Shown here: piece by piece, positions 28,578-41,801 of the stretch | Position numbering within the stretch: position 1 is the stretch's first letter | Layout: each line of letters begins with the position of its first letter | Source of the DNA: Octopus sinensis | Lineage: Eukaryota | NCBI RefSeq assembly: GCF_006345805.1 | Contig: NC_043022.1 | Location: forward strand, 18,352,001 to 18,416,000 | Direction: 5' to 3' | DNA length: 64,000 nt | Program-made: the position numbers and the translations under genes | Notes under the pieces: generated by a model | Databases searched by the model: none | Told to the model about the DNA's origin: nothing | Seen by the model: the letters and a program-made list of their open reading frames with translations, nothing else

Positions 28578-28600
<23 letters not shown>
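27897..28600. repeat. Tandem duplication of a SINE plus microsatellite, period 361 bp
   Basis: 27897-28205 and 28258-28566 appear identical by eye. Confidence 0.9.
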
Positions 28601-28639
<39 letters not shown>

Positions 28640-28644
<5 letters not shown>

Positions 28645-28854
28645 GAATAAGGGTAGAAATTGATTTTAATCAATTAAAACCAGTGGCCCAGCATATTAAA
28701 AAAATCCGAAGATTAAAATATTTTTTACATACAAAATTTAAAGGACTGACCTCTAAAAGTGGACGGTCAGTATGATAGATATAGACGTCAAAATCGCTAT
28801 TTTCTAGCATATTGACCTTCCAATTTTAGTGGTCAGTCCTTTAAATTTTGTATG
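28640..28854. mobile_element. Fold-back element with ~57-bp imperfect arms (possible PLE relic)
   Basis: Arms 28728-28784 and 28797-28854 are inverted copies with a 12-nt spacer. The left side extends further. Both flanks are TA tracts. Confidence 0.45.
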
Positions 28855-28874
28855 TATATATATATATATATATA

Positions 28875-29214
28875 TATATTATAAATAGATGAGTGTATTT
28901 TTACCTTGTTAACAATTAACACGGAAAAATAAATAAATAGTTACCAGGGCAGCAAAAATCTCACAAGTAAAGATGTTGTAACTCCTTGTCTATAAAGGTT
29001 GAAACTTCGTGTTTACGTTGAATATTTTGAATAATATGAATAAAAAATGGAGTTAAAAATGTCGTATTGACGAGTTTCGTTTTTTCACTTTCCCGAAGAG
29101 AAGATTGCATTGTTTATACCTTTTATTCATTTGAATAGTATCAGTGGAATTTTCGAAACATATGTAGAAAGTAAAAATACTTGTTTAAACCTGCGTTAAC
29201 TCCATTTTTTATTC

Positions 29215-29218
<4 letters not shown>
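28875..29218. mobile_element. Penelope-like fold-back relic carrying the 29081 hammerhead
   Basis: Inverted repeat atatgaataaaaaatggagttaa (~29035-29056) / ttaactccattttttattcatat (~29195-29218) around the hammerhead; bounded by (TA)n. Confidence 0.5.
29081..29177 (+). ncRNA. Type I hammerhead ribozyme fold with long stem II and a U4C core change
   Basis: Stem I ACUUUC (29087-92) / GAAAGU (29167-72), extended by U5/A5. Core CCGAAGA (29093-99). Stem II GAAGAUU/AAUUUUC plus further pairing. GAAA (29155-58), palindromic stem III ACAUAUGU, predicted GUA cleavage after 29166. Confidence 0.7.
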
Positions 29219-29246
<28 letters not shown>

Positions 29247-29380
29247 GTATATAAATTAATGTTCATTTATAATAAAAACAATTACTCTGTACTTTTGAGG
29301 AGCACAAATTTATTATTCTTATACAAAAATGCAGTTGACTTCAAAGTCACTGCCAACAACATTCTTGTATGTGTATAAAC

Positions 29381-29664
29381 AATTGCAGCATGGAAGGTGT
29401 TTATAAGCCATTTAAAAACAAACAAAGACCGTTAGATTCACCTCAACACTTAGATTTAATTTGCCAAAATAATATTTTTGTTGCTTTGAGATCGCAACCC
29501 AATCACTGACAAAATTCTGTACTGCATCACCGAATTTGTCAATGAGCAGGTTGCAGTCTCAAAGCAACAAAAATATTTTGGCAAATTCAGTTTAACTGTC
29601 GAAGTGAATCTAACGGTTTTTATGCATTTTTAAATGGCTTATAAACACCTTCCATGCTGCAACT
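29381..29664. mobile_element. Palindromic fold-back MITE
   Basis: About 130-bp inverted arms starting ttgcagcatggaaggtgtttataagccatttaaaaa, with a short loop. Confidence 0.75.
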
Positions 29665-31100
29665 GCTTTTGTTTCAGCACACGATCTCAGATCAGGTCAC
29701 TTGCTATGCAAGTACATCTCTGTAATATAAATATATATATATAATATATATATATATATACAAATATTTTATAATTATAAACATAATTATAATTAGGGTT
29801 CAGCTAAATGCTTCACCACATACCGAATTTAGAAATAGGAGTTAAAAATTCCTAATAGTAGAAAAGGCAGAATCATTGGCACGCTGGATGAAATGCTCAG
29901 CGGTATTTCATTTGCCACTAGGTTCTGAGTTCAAATTCCGCCGAGGTCGACGACTTTGCCTTTCATCCTTTCGGGCTCAATAAATTAAGTATCTGTGAAA
30001 CACTGGGGTCGATATAATCGATTTGTCCCCTCCCCCAAAATAGCTGTCCATGTGGCAATATTAGAAACCATTATTATTATTATTATTATTGTATTATAAC
30101 TATAAGTAACACCACCACCACCACCTCTACTACTACTGCTGCTAATATTACAAACACCAGTACCACTACTGCTGATACTACTGCTTACATAATTGTTGCT
30201 ATTATTACTACTACAACTACCACCATCACTTTTAATAGTACTACCATTAGTACCACTGCAACCACTACAACTGGTGGTGGTAGTTGGTGTTGGTGGTGGT
30301 GGTGGTGGTGGTAGTAGTTGGTGGTAGTTGATGTTGGTGGTGGTGGTGGTGGTGGTAGTTGGTGGTGGTGGTGGCGGTAGTTGTTGTTGGTGGTGGTAGT
30401 GGTGGTAGTGGTAGTGGTTGGGGTGGTGGTGGTAGTAGTACAGCTGCTGTTCACTGGTGCTACTTATTAAAACGGTAAATACTCTAATAATATAGGTACA
30501 GCTGTATGTCTGCTTTAATGGATTGGTATAGGTAGTAGTACTAATAGTGGTGGTGGTAGAGGCTCTAGTGGTTGTAGATCTGGCAGTGGTGATCATTTTT
30601 TTTTATACTGTACATGTGTGTGAGTATGTTGATAGATATCATCATCATTGTCATTATTTAACGTCCATTTCCCTTATTTATATATGTATGTATATGTATG
30701 GATGAGCATGTACACTTATATTTTATTTCTATATACTATGGATGTATATGTGTGGATGTGTATGTATATATTATATTTTTATATACTATGTATGTATATA
30801 TGGATGTATTTATATATATATATATTATTTTTATATACTATGTATGTATCTATGTGGATGTGTATATATATATTTATATATCGTTTATATATGTATATGT
30901 ATGGATGTGTACGTGTGTGTGGATGTATATATATATATACATTATTTATTATATACTATGTATGTATATATGTGGATGTGTATATATATATATTTATATT
31001 TATATATCGTTTATATATGTATGGATGTGTACGTGTGTGGATGTATATATATATATATATATATACATTATTTTTATATACTATGTATGTATATATGTGG

Positions 31101-31132
<32 letters not shown>

Positions 31133-31136
<4 letters not shown>

Positions 31137-34100
31137 TCATCATCATCATCATCATTTAGCGTCCGTTTTCCATGCTAGCATGGGTTGGACGGTTCAACTG
31201 GGGTCTGGGGAGCCCGAAGGCTGCACCAGGCCAGTCAGATCTGGCAGTGTTTCTACAGCTGGATGCCCTTCCTAACGCCAACCACTCCGAGAGTGTAGTG
31301 GGTGATTTTATGTGCCACCGACACAGGTGCCAGACGAGGCTGGCGAACGGCCACGCTCGGATGGTGTTTTTATGTGCCACCGACACAGGTGCCAGACGAG
31401 GCTGGCAGACGGCCACGCTCGGATGGTTTTTTATGTGCCACCGACACAGGTGCCAGATGAGGCTGGCAGGTGCCAGACGAGGCTGGCAGACGGCCACGCT
31501 CGGATGGTGTTTTTATGTGCCACCGACACAGGTGCCAGATGAGGCTGGCGGACGGCCACGATCGGATGGTGTTTGTTACGTCCCCAAAGCACGGAGGCCA
31601 GTCTATGCGGTACTGGCTACGGCCACGTTCGGATGATTTTCTTGTGTGCCACCGGCACTGGTACCACAAGATACAAATTCCATTTATGCTCATCTATTTT
31701 GATTTGTTTTGATTTGATTTGATTTTCACTTGCCTCAACAGGTCTACACAAGTGTCACTTGCCTCAACAGGTCTTCACAAGTGTCACAAGAAGGAAGGTA
31801 TGCACAGGTGGACTGTCTACGTCGCCGGGTCTTCGGATGGTGTCTTTATGTGCCACCGACACAGGTGCCAGATGTGGCTGGCGAACGGCCACGATCGGAT
31901 GGTTTTCTTGTGCCACCGTACTGGAACCACAAAGATACAAATTCCATTGATGTTCATCTATTTTGATTTGGTTTGATTTTCACTTGCCTCAACAGGTCTT
32001 CACAAGTGTCACGCGTGTCCTTGTGTGCCACGGTACTGAACCACAAAGATACAAATTCCATTGATGTTCATCTATTTTGATTTGGTTTGATTTTCACTTG
32101 CCACAACAGGTCTTCACAAGTGTCACGCGTGTCACACACTCCTCAACAGGTCTCCACAAGTGTCACACACTGCCTCTGCCTCAACAGGTCTTCACAAGTG
32201 TCACACACTTGCCTCTGCCTCAACAGGTCTTCACAAGTCATAAGAGGGAAGGTATGCACAGGTGGACTGACTACGTCGCCGGTCTTTGGATGGTGTTTTT
32301 ATGTGCCACCGACACAGGTGCCAGGTGAGGCTGGCGAACGGCCACGATCAGATGGTGTTTGTTGTGCCCACAGCACGGAGGCCAGTCGATGCGGTACCAG
32401 CTACGGCCACTTCGGATGGTTTTCTTGTGTGCCACCGGTACTGGAACCACAAAGATACAAATTCCATTGATATTCATCTATTTTGATTTGGTTTGATTTT
32501 GATTTTCACTTGCCTCAAGGTCTTCACAAGTGTCACACACTTGCCTCAACAGGTCTTCACAAGTGTCATAAGAGGGAAGGTATGCACAGGTGGACTGACT
32601 ACGTCGCCGGGTCTTCGGATGGTGTCTTTATGTGCCACCGGCACAGGTGCCAGATGAGGCTGGCGAACGGCCACGATCGGATGGTGTTTGTTGTGCCCAC
32701 AGCACGGAGGCCAGTCGATGCGGTACTGGTTACGGCCACGTTTGGGTGGTTTTCTTGTGTGCCACCGGCACTGGTACCACAAAGAATACAATTCCACTGA
32801 TGTTCATCTATTTTGATTTGTTTTGATTTGATTGATTTTCACTTGCCTCAACAGGTCTTCATAAGTGTCACAGAAGGAAGGTATGCACAGGACTGACTAC
32901 GTCCCAGGTCGGGGCCACGGGTTATGGCCTGACTAGTCTTGCCGGGTCTTCTCATGCACAGCATACTTCCATAGGTCTCGGTCTCTAGACATTTCCTTAG
33001 TGAGACCTAAAGTTCGAAGGTCGTGCTTCACCACCTCGTCCCAGGTTTTCCTGGGTCTACCTCTTCCACAGGTTCCCTCCACTGCTAGGGTGTGTTTTGC
33101 ACAACAACTATCTTCAGCCTTTCTTGTCACATGACCATACCAGCGCAGCCGTCTCTCTTGCACGCCACAACTGACGCTTCTTAGGTTCAGCTTTTCTCTC
33201 AAGGAACTTACACTCTGACGATTATGAACACTGACATTACACATCCATCGGAGCATACTGGCTTCATTTCTTGCGAGCTTACGCATATCCTCACGCACCG
33301 GCCCATGTTTCACTACCATGTAGCATGGCTGTACGTACACATGCATCATACAGTCTGCCTTTTACTCTGAGCGAGAGGCCTTTTGTCACCAGCAGGGGTA
33401 AGAGCTCTCTAAACTTTGCCCAGGCTATTCTTACTCTAGCAGTTACACTTTCAGCACACCCACCCCGCTACTGACTTGGTCTCCTAGGTAGCGGAAGCTA
33501 TCACTACTTCTAGTTTGTCTCCCTGGAACGTGGCAGAAGTTGGTCTCTGCATATTTCCAGTGTTTATTGCTCCTGAGCATTTGCCACAGACAAAAACTAT
33601 TTTCTAGTTAGCCTTCCTTTGACATTGCTGCACCTCTTATGTGTCCATAGCTTACACTTGGTGCATCTTATAGAGTTTCTACCTACACCTTTTTTACAGA
33701 TCGAGCAGGGCCATCTACCTGAAGGCGTTTGTGATTGATCTACCTTCCTACTTATTAGAACTTTGGTTTTGGCTAGGTTGATTCTAAGGCCCTTCGATTC
33801 TAATCCTTGTTTCCACACCTGGAACTTCTCCTCCAGTTCTGATAGTGACTCAGCAATTAGAGCAAGGTCATCAGCATAGAGGAGCTCCCAGGGGCAACCT
33901 GTCTTGAATTCCTCCGTATTGCCTGGAGGACTATGATAAATAGGAGGGGACTGAGGACTGAACCTTGGTGGACCCCAACCTCTACCCGGAATTCTTCACT
34001 GTACTCGTTGCCCACCCTCACCTTACTAGCAGCGTCTCTGTACATGGCTTGCACAGCTCTCACCAACCATTCTTCTATCCCTAGTTTCCTCATTGACCAC

Positions 34101-35156
34101 CAGATAAGGGACCGGGGGACCCTGTCAAAGGCTTTCTCCAAGTCAACAAAAGCCAGGTACAAGGGCTTATCTTTGGCTAGGTATTTCTCCTGCAGCTGTC
34201 TTACCAGGAATATAGCATCAGTAGTACTTTTCCCTGGCACGAACCCAAACTGCATATCATCTAAGGTAACTCTCTCTCTAATTAGTTCGGCTACAACCCT
34301 CTCCGTAACCTTCATTACCTGATCCAGCAGCTTGATGCCCCTGTAGTTATTTGTCTCTAGGGCGTCGCCTTTACCTTTGTAGCAGTTGACTATTATGCTG
34401 CTACACCAGTCATTGGGTATGACCCCCTCGTGTATCACCTGGTTAACTATACGGGTGACTAAGCTATAGCCGACACCACCAGATATTTTGAGCATCTCTG
34501 CAGTAATTCCTGATGGGCCTGGGGCTTTCCCTGTTTTCATGCTTCTAATTGCCTTATCTACTAAGGAACTGTTAACTCGGATTGCTGGTCCCTCTGTTGG
34601 GTCGACATTCGGCAGACTCTCTTTATCCCATTCATTTTCTTCATTCAGCAACCTATCATAGTGGCGTCTCCAAGTCTCTCTCTTTGCACCCTCATTAAGT
34701 GCAAGTGAACCGTCCTCCTTGCGAACACATTTCTCTCCTACCACGTCACGATTCTCTCTCACACACTGTCTTGCAACACGAAATACCTCAAGTCTTTCAT
34801 CCTCACGACGCAGGACATTGGCAAATTTTTCCTTCTCTGCTTCCCCTCTGGCTAGATAGACCTGTCTCCTGGCTTCCCTCTGGCAGACTGATACACTTCC
34901 CTGCTACCCCACCTTCTTCCGCCTTCCAAGCCTGTTTCTTTTGTCTAATAGCCCTGTCAACAATATTGTTCCACCACCACGTTATTTTGGGTCTTAAGGG
35001 GACTTTGCACCAGCCACAGATCTGGTCACGGCTTTCAGCAGGTTGTCCCTCAGAAGCGTCCAGTTGTCTCTACCCCATGCGTAGCTATACTCCCTTCCAT
35101 TTCGTCTAAAGCTTCAAATAACATATCTCTAAATCTCTGTCCATTCGCAGGTCTTT
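31133..35156 (-). mobile_element. 5'-truncated RTE-clade LINE, ~4 kb, with long repeat-expanded 3' UTR and (GAT)n tail
   Basis: RT motifs FGFVPGKSTTDAIF, LAFVDLEKAFDRVPR, GVHQGSVLSPLLF and YADD (33867-33878); C-terminal RLRWYGHV...GRPRKTW; (ATC)n on + at 31133. No APE endonuclease domain is present. Confidence 0.95.
32933..35140 (-). pseudogene. Disrupted RTE ORF: linker, RT, Cys/His finger and C-terminus
   Basis: ORF pieces 33857-34762, 33597-33818 and 32933-33349. A 1-nt deletion near 33917 shifts the frame just before ELLYADD. Confidence 0.9.
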
Positions 35157-36934
35157 ATATATTATATATATATATTTATATTTGTTTTTTATATATTTAT
35201 ATATGTATATGTATGGATGTGTACGTGCGTGTGTGTGTGTATATATATGTATTTATATTTTATATTTATAAATTATATATATATTTGTTTATGTGTTTGT
35301 ATAATGTGCAGACATCTCTCTCTTCATATATATATATAATATATATATATATAATCATATACATTCTGCTGAATGAAAAGGGGATGTCTTTTAGATGTAA
35401 TTATTCTCATGTATATATACACACACACACACAAACATGTGCACACATATGTATGTATGTATATTCCAATACATGCTATACATATATCTACGCATACTTC
35501 ATTATTTCCATTTCCCTAAGTAGATTTCTTATTGATTATATAGACTTGTGCCATGATGGCAGTACTGGTATAATGGTAATGGGGCTGCTGCTGCTGATGA
35601 TGGTGGTGGTTATGGACATGATTGTGATGATGATGATGATGATGATGACAGCAGTGATCACTGTTATGGTGGTGGTGGTGGTGGTAGCAGGGAGAGTAGG
35701 GGTGATGTTGGTGATGATAGTGAATGTTAAGGCGGTGAGGGAGGAATGGAGCTGATGACTGTTATGATGATGATGATGATGTTGGTGGAGAAATCCGTAG
35801 CCGTATTTCGTCCGCTGCTACGTTCTGAGTTCAAATTCCGCCGAGGTCAACTTTGCTTTTCATCCTTTCGGGGTCGATGAATTAAGTACCAGTTACGCAC
35901 TGGGGTCGATGTAATCGACTTAATCCGTTTGTCTCCTCTATGTTTAGCCCCTTGTGGGTAATAAAAAAACAAGATATCTCCTATCTGTTTTAGTCATTAG
36001 ACTGTGGCCATGCTGGGGCACCACCTCGACAAATTTTTAGTTGAATGAATCCACCCCTAGGACTTCTATTTTTAAGTGTTGTACTTGTTCCATCAGTCTC
36101 TTTTTGTCAAGCTGCTAGATTACAGGGATGTAAACGAACCAGCACCGGTTGTCGCACAGTGCTGGGGGACGAACAATGACACATAGATATATGTATATAT
36201 ATACGACAGGCTTCTTTCAGTTTCCGTCTGCTAAATCTGCTCAGTGAGAGATTTCATTAGCCCTAGGGTGTTGTAGAAGACACTTGGCCAAGGTGCCACA
36301 CAGTGGGACTGAACCCAGAACCATGTGGCTGGGAAGCAAACTTATCGTTGATATGGCCACATGGAAACAAGTAAAAGAGTAAAAGACTGTATCCAATAAT
36401 TGTTCCTTATTTGAGCATTAGGCCAACAATATCAAGAGGAAAGGATTAGTTAATACCATTGACCTTGCCCCCACCCTCATCTCACTTCCCCAGTATCTAA
36501 CTGGTACTTTACCAACTCTGAAAGGATGAGAGATGAAGCTAACAGCTATCAGTTATGTAAAGTAAAACACATTGCAGTCTGATTGCACTGTCAAGTCTTC
36601 AGAGATTGTGTAACTTTGTCTTTTGAAGCTAACAATAGCAATGTTTGAACACAAGATTATAAAATGACAGAAGCAATACTGCAAGGCATTTTCATCCCCC
36701 CCCCCCCCAAACACTCCGACACAATTTTGCCGTTTATCTTTTCAGAGAAGCCGCAATGGAGTTAGATGTCATTTTATGAAATATGAATTATAAGGTTGTC
36801 AAGATTAAATTGACGAATAATTAGAGTTCTGTCAATGCAAAACTAATCTGATTTTGGGAAAATCTCCTGCACTTCTATAGTCACCAGTGTGTCTTGTTAT
36901 TTTAAAGCTATTCATCACTGCCAGCATATGTATA

Positions 36935-36967
<33 letters not shown>

Positions 36968-37433
36968 TTAGGTACGTATATATATATGAGGTTGGAAAGA
37001 AAGTCCTCCACATTTCATGATGGGGAAGAAACAAATGCATCTTTGATTTTAATTGATGTATTTAATCAAATAATATTTCCCTTCGTTATTGATCATATAA
37101 TCCCTTCGATTTGATAACTTGTTCATCCCTCGAGTATAAGATTTTCCAAGTTTCAAAGCAGTGGAACACTCACTATTCATTTGTTAAGCCCTTAGCATTT
37201 TAAACTGGTCAGATCTAGCCTCTCACACCTACTCTACAATGTCATTCTAAAGAGAAACAGTTACATCTTCAAAGACTCGAAGCCATGAGATAATGCAGGA
37301 TTAATTATAAACAATGTGAATAAATAAGCATCACATTTGACTGAATAATCTGAATGCTAAAGGATTAAACCAACCTTATCCAGCCCAAATATTCTACCAC
37401 TGTATGTTCGGACCAGCCAAATCTTGAATCTGT

Positions 37434-37659
37434 TTAACCCTTTTGATACCAACCTGGCTGAAGCCACCACAAGCACTATATAGTACAAATGTGTGCGTTT
37501 CAAAAGTTCAAAATCTTCCACCAAACCTTAGTCACAATTTATGTTCCTAACACTAGCTTAACAATAGCTAATTTATTTTACTAAATTCTTAGTTATATTG
37601 AAAATTAGTTGAAAGAAATGGTGAGCATCTCAACAGAAATATGGTAACAAAAGGGTTAA
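37434..37659. mobile_element. piggyBac-type MITE, family 2 (partial copies ~44135-44195, 45053-45110)
   Basis: TTAA-CCCTTTTG...CAAAAGGG-TTAA termini. Confidence 0.8.
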
Positions 37660-37663
37660 TATA

Positions 37664-38068
37664 CTCTTTTACTTGTTTCAGTCATTTGAGTGTGGCCATG
37701 CTGGAGTACCACCTTTAGTCAAGCAAATCGACCCCAGGACTTATTCTTTGTAAGCCTGGTACTTATTCTATCAGTCTCTTTTGCTGAATCGCTAAGTTAC
37801 AGGGACGTAAACACACCAGTATCATTTGTCAAACGATGTTGGGGGACAAACACAGACACACAAACATGCACACACACACATATACATATATATATATATT
37901 ACATATATACGATGGGCTTCTTTCAGTTTCTTTCTACCAAATCCACTCACAAGGCTTTGGTCGGCCCGAGGCTATAGAAGAAGACACTTGCCCAATGTGC
38001 CACGCAGTGGTACTGAACCCGAAACCATGTGGTTGGTAAGTAAGCTACTTACCACACAGCCACTCCTA
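37664..38068 (-). mobile_element. SINE family A (full length); 3'-half copy at 38585-38775 and degenerate copy at 35985-36345
   Basis: Reverse complement of family A. Confidence 0.85.
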
Positions 38069-38842
38069 TGCCTATAATGAATGATTAATTCAAAACAATG
38101 TGAATAAATAAGTATTAAATTTGACTGTAATTTCAATACTAAACAGTTAAATATGCATATGTGCACACACACACACAATTTTATAATGTGCTGTAGACGT
38201 ACGACCCCTTGTGTATTCTTGTATATGCAAATATCCAGAGGGAAACTCTGTGGAGGGGGTGGTCTAGTGTTATAGTCAGTTTTATTTATTTGTTGATTAC
38301 ATATAGAAAGTAAAAACTAGACTGAAGAGTTTGTTTATATAACAATTGATTTTTATCATCTTACATGCATTTTAGTAACAATGAATAGATTATCAGTTAT
38401 GTAAAGTAAAACACATTGCAGTCTGATTGCACTGTCAAGTCTTCAGAGATTGTGTAACTTTGTCTTTTGTTAGAAACTAAAATTTAATAATAATGTTGAA
38501 GTGAAGACTAATTATATGGCTCGTGTGTATAGTTGACAAAATATGACCATTCCAAAGTATAACAATATATATATATATTTTTTTTTTAATTGTTTCAGTC
38601 ATTTGACTGTGGCCATGCCGGAGCACCGCCTTTAGTCGAGCAAATCGACCCCGGGACTTATTCTTTGTAAGCCCAGTACTTATTCTATCGGTCTCTTTTG
38701 CCGAACTGCTAGGTGACGGGGACGCAAACACACCAGCATCGGTTGTCAAGCAATGCTAGGGGTACAAACATATACACATATATTTATATTTCGTTTGCAA
38801 GATTCTTTATGTGAATTTGTGTGTTGAAGCATAATTTAGTAT

Positions 38843-39034
38843 GTCTGCGGAGAGTTATTCTCTTTTAGTGCTTTATTACTTAACACACTCACCAGTTCAA
38901 TTTCTAGACTATTGAAACAGTTGCAAGATGCATGAAAACTTTTAGAAAAAAAAAAGAAAAGGTAAATGAGTGGAAATCAAACCTGTGAGTGTGTTAAGTA
39001 ATAGGACACTAAAAGAGAATGACTCTCCCCAGAC
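38843..39034. mobile_element. Fold-back MITE
   Basis: About 63-bp inverted arms: gtctgcggagagttattctcttttagtg... / ...cactaaaagagaatgactctccccagac. Confidence 0.6.
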
Positions 39035-39166
39035 CAGCAGTTGCCCATGCTTACCGGCCTCCTCTCTCAACACACCACTACCAGTGCTTTCAGCAGGATC
39101 TTCAAATAACTTGCAAGACAGCTCCACCACTGTTTGACAACTAGTGTTTGTTTACATCCCAGTAGT

Positions 39167-39543
39167 GGAAGCGCAATGGCCCAGCGGTTAGGGCAGCGGA
39201 CTCGCGGTCATAGGATCGCAGTTTCGATTCCCAGACTGGGCGTTGTATTTATTGAGCGAAAACACCTAAAGCTCCACGAGGCTCCGGCAGGGGATGGTGG
39301 TGATCCCTGCTGTACTCTTTCACCACAACTTTCTCTCACTCTTACTTCCTGTTTCTGTTGTACCTCTGTATTTCAAGGGGCCGGCCTTGTCACTCTCTGT
39401 CTCACGCTGAATATCCCCGAGAACTACGTTAAGGGTACACGTGTCTGTGGAGTGCTCAGCCACTTACACGTTAATTTCACGAGCAGGCTGTTCCGTTGAT
39501 TCGGATCAACTGGAACCCTCGTCGTCGTAACCGACGGAGTGCT
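39167..39543 (+). mobile_element. SINE family C (other copies: 40904-41215 +, 41221-41577 +, 43152-43528 -)
   Basis: tRNA-like head ggcgcaatggcccagtggttagggcagcggactcgcggtcgtaggatcgcggtttcgattccc with a shared body and tail. Confidence 0.8.
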
Positions 39544-40588
39544 TCCATCCACATCCCAGTAACTTACCAGTTTGGCAAAAGGAAATGATAGAATAAGTAC
39601 CAGACTTTGAAAAAATAAATTAGTACCAAAATGGAATTTTTTCAATTAAAATCCTTCAAGGTGATGTCCCAGCATGGACGCAATCCACACACTAAAACAT
39701 GGAAAAAATTAGCTTTTACATATTGGACATAGATAGCTTCCTTCATCAATACATAATATATTGTGGCTTGATTACTTGTGCCTAGGCAACAGGTGTGTAT
39801 AAAGAGTACCAACGGAGCTACAAGTGATCCCTAGTAGGATATATACTCTCTGTCATGTATTGGAGTACTCTTTCATCTGTAAGCATAAATGTATATATGT
39901 GTGTGTGTGCATGCATATACGTGTAGAAATATGTATTTATATGTGTTTCTACATATACATGGGTATGTATATTTACACATACATATATATGGGAGGTGTC
40001 TACCTATTCATCTTTCTTTATGTCTCTGTCTGTCTGTCTCTCTCTCCCTCAGAGAGAGAATGCTTGTGTGTGTAATTATGTGCATCTATAGATAGATAGA
40101 TAGTATTCATGTGTAGTATATATATATATATATATCTATATATATATATATATAAATACATATAGGTGTGTGTGTGTGTGTGTAACTATGGGGGGTGAGG
40201 GGGAAGAGTAATGAAGGAGAGGGGGGGGTGTGGTGGTGTGTGGGTGGGGCAGCAACCATAATGAAAGAACTTTACTCCCAGCTGCCTGATTCCAACACAG
40301 ACAGGAAATGCTTCTGAAATATGGGCTTGGGGGTGGGGGGTGGGGGAGCAGATGGGGGCAGGTTGGTGGATGGAAGACAGAATGGATGGTGGCGGTGGCG
40401 GTGCTGCTGCTGCTGTTGTTGGTGGGGTGGGGGGTGGGGTGGGTGGGTGGGTGAGTCTTGTACACATATACAAGACAAATACATGTGTGTGTATGTGCGA
40501 TGTATGTATGTATGTATGTATGTATACATCATGTATGTCAGTACATGGTTGGGTGTATGTAAATAATGCAGTTACTATGCACATACTG

Positions 40589-40638
<50 letters not shown>

Positions 40639-41589
40639 GTGGAGGTGTGGTTTTATCTCCTCAAAGGCATAAGTACTGCCTCAGAAATATTGCATTCCAT
40701 TCCTGCCAACAGAATATGAACTTACCCACATTTATTAACTTCTATATATAAGTGTGCATGTGTGCTTTGGTGTATATAGCTACATATCTATGTGTGTGTG
40801 TGTATATATTTGGCTGTGTATAGTATGTGTGTATGCATGTTTATCAGTATGTGTATGTATGTATATGCACATATATACATTATACATATATATATATACG
40901 TGTAGAGGCGCAATGGCCCAGTGGTTAGGGCAGCGGACTCGCAGTCGTAGGATCGCGGTTTCGATTCCCAGACTGGGGCGTTGTGTGTGTTTATTGAGCA
41001 AAAACACCTAAAAAGCACCACAAGGCTCCGGCAGGGGGTGGTGATCCCTGCTGTACTCTTTCACCACTCTTTCTCTCACTCTTTCTGCTGTTGGCCTGCT
41101 CGCTTAGCCAGCGTGGTGGCGTCATTCGAAGGCTAAAACAATGCGAACGCATTATGACCAGCGATGTGTAGCAACATCTGATGGTCTGGTCGGTCACGTG
41201 ATCACATATATAACACGTGTAGAGGTGCAATGGCCCAGTGGTTAGGGCAGCGGACTCACAGTCTTAGGATCACGGTTTTAATTCCCAGACTGGGCGTTGT
41301 GAATATTTATTGAGCAAAGACCATTTAAAGGTCCAGGAGACTCCGGCAGGGTGTGGTGGTGAACCCTGCTGTACTCTTTCACCACAACTTTCTCTCACTC
41401 TTTTTTTCTTGTTTCTGTTTTACCTGTATTTCGAAAGGCCGGCCTTGTCACTCTCTGTGTCACGCTGAATATCCCAGAGAACTACATTAAGGGTACACGT
41501 GTCTGTGGAATGCTCAGCCACTTGTACATTAATTTCACGAGCAAACTGTTACGTTGATTGGATTAACTGGAACCCTATATATAGCACTA

Positions 41590-41801
41590 ACTGATCGTGG
41601 TCGCTGCCAGCCTCTCCTGGCACCTGTGCAAGTGGCACGTAAAAAGCACCCACTACACTCACGGAGTGGTTGGTGTTAGGAAAGGCATCCAGCTGTAGAA
41701 ACATTGCCAGATCAGACTGGAGCCTGGTGCAGCCTTCTGGCTTCCCATACCCTGGTCGAACCGTGCTAGCATAGAAAACAGACATTAAACGATGATGATG
41801 A

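Noticed and set aside
36985-37140. Possible mariner-type MITE
   Set aside because: The termini are too degenerate to confirm as TIRs.
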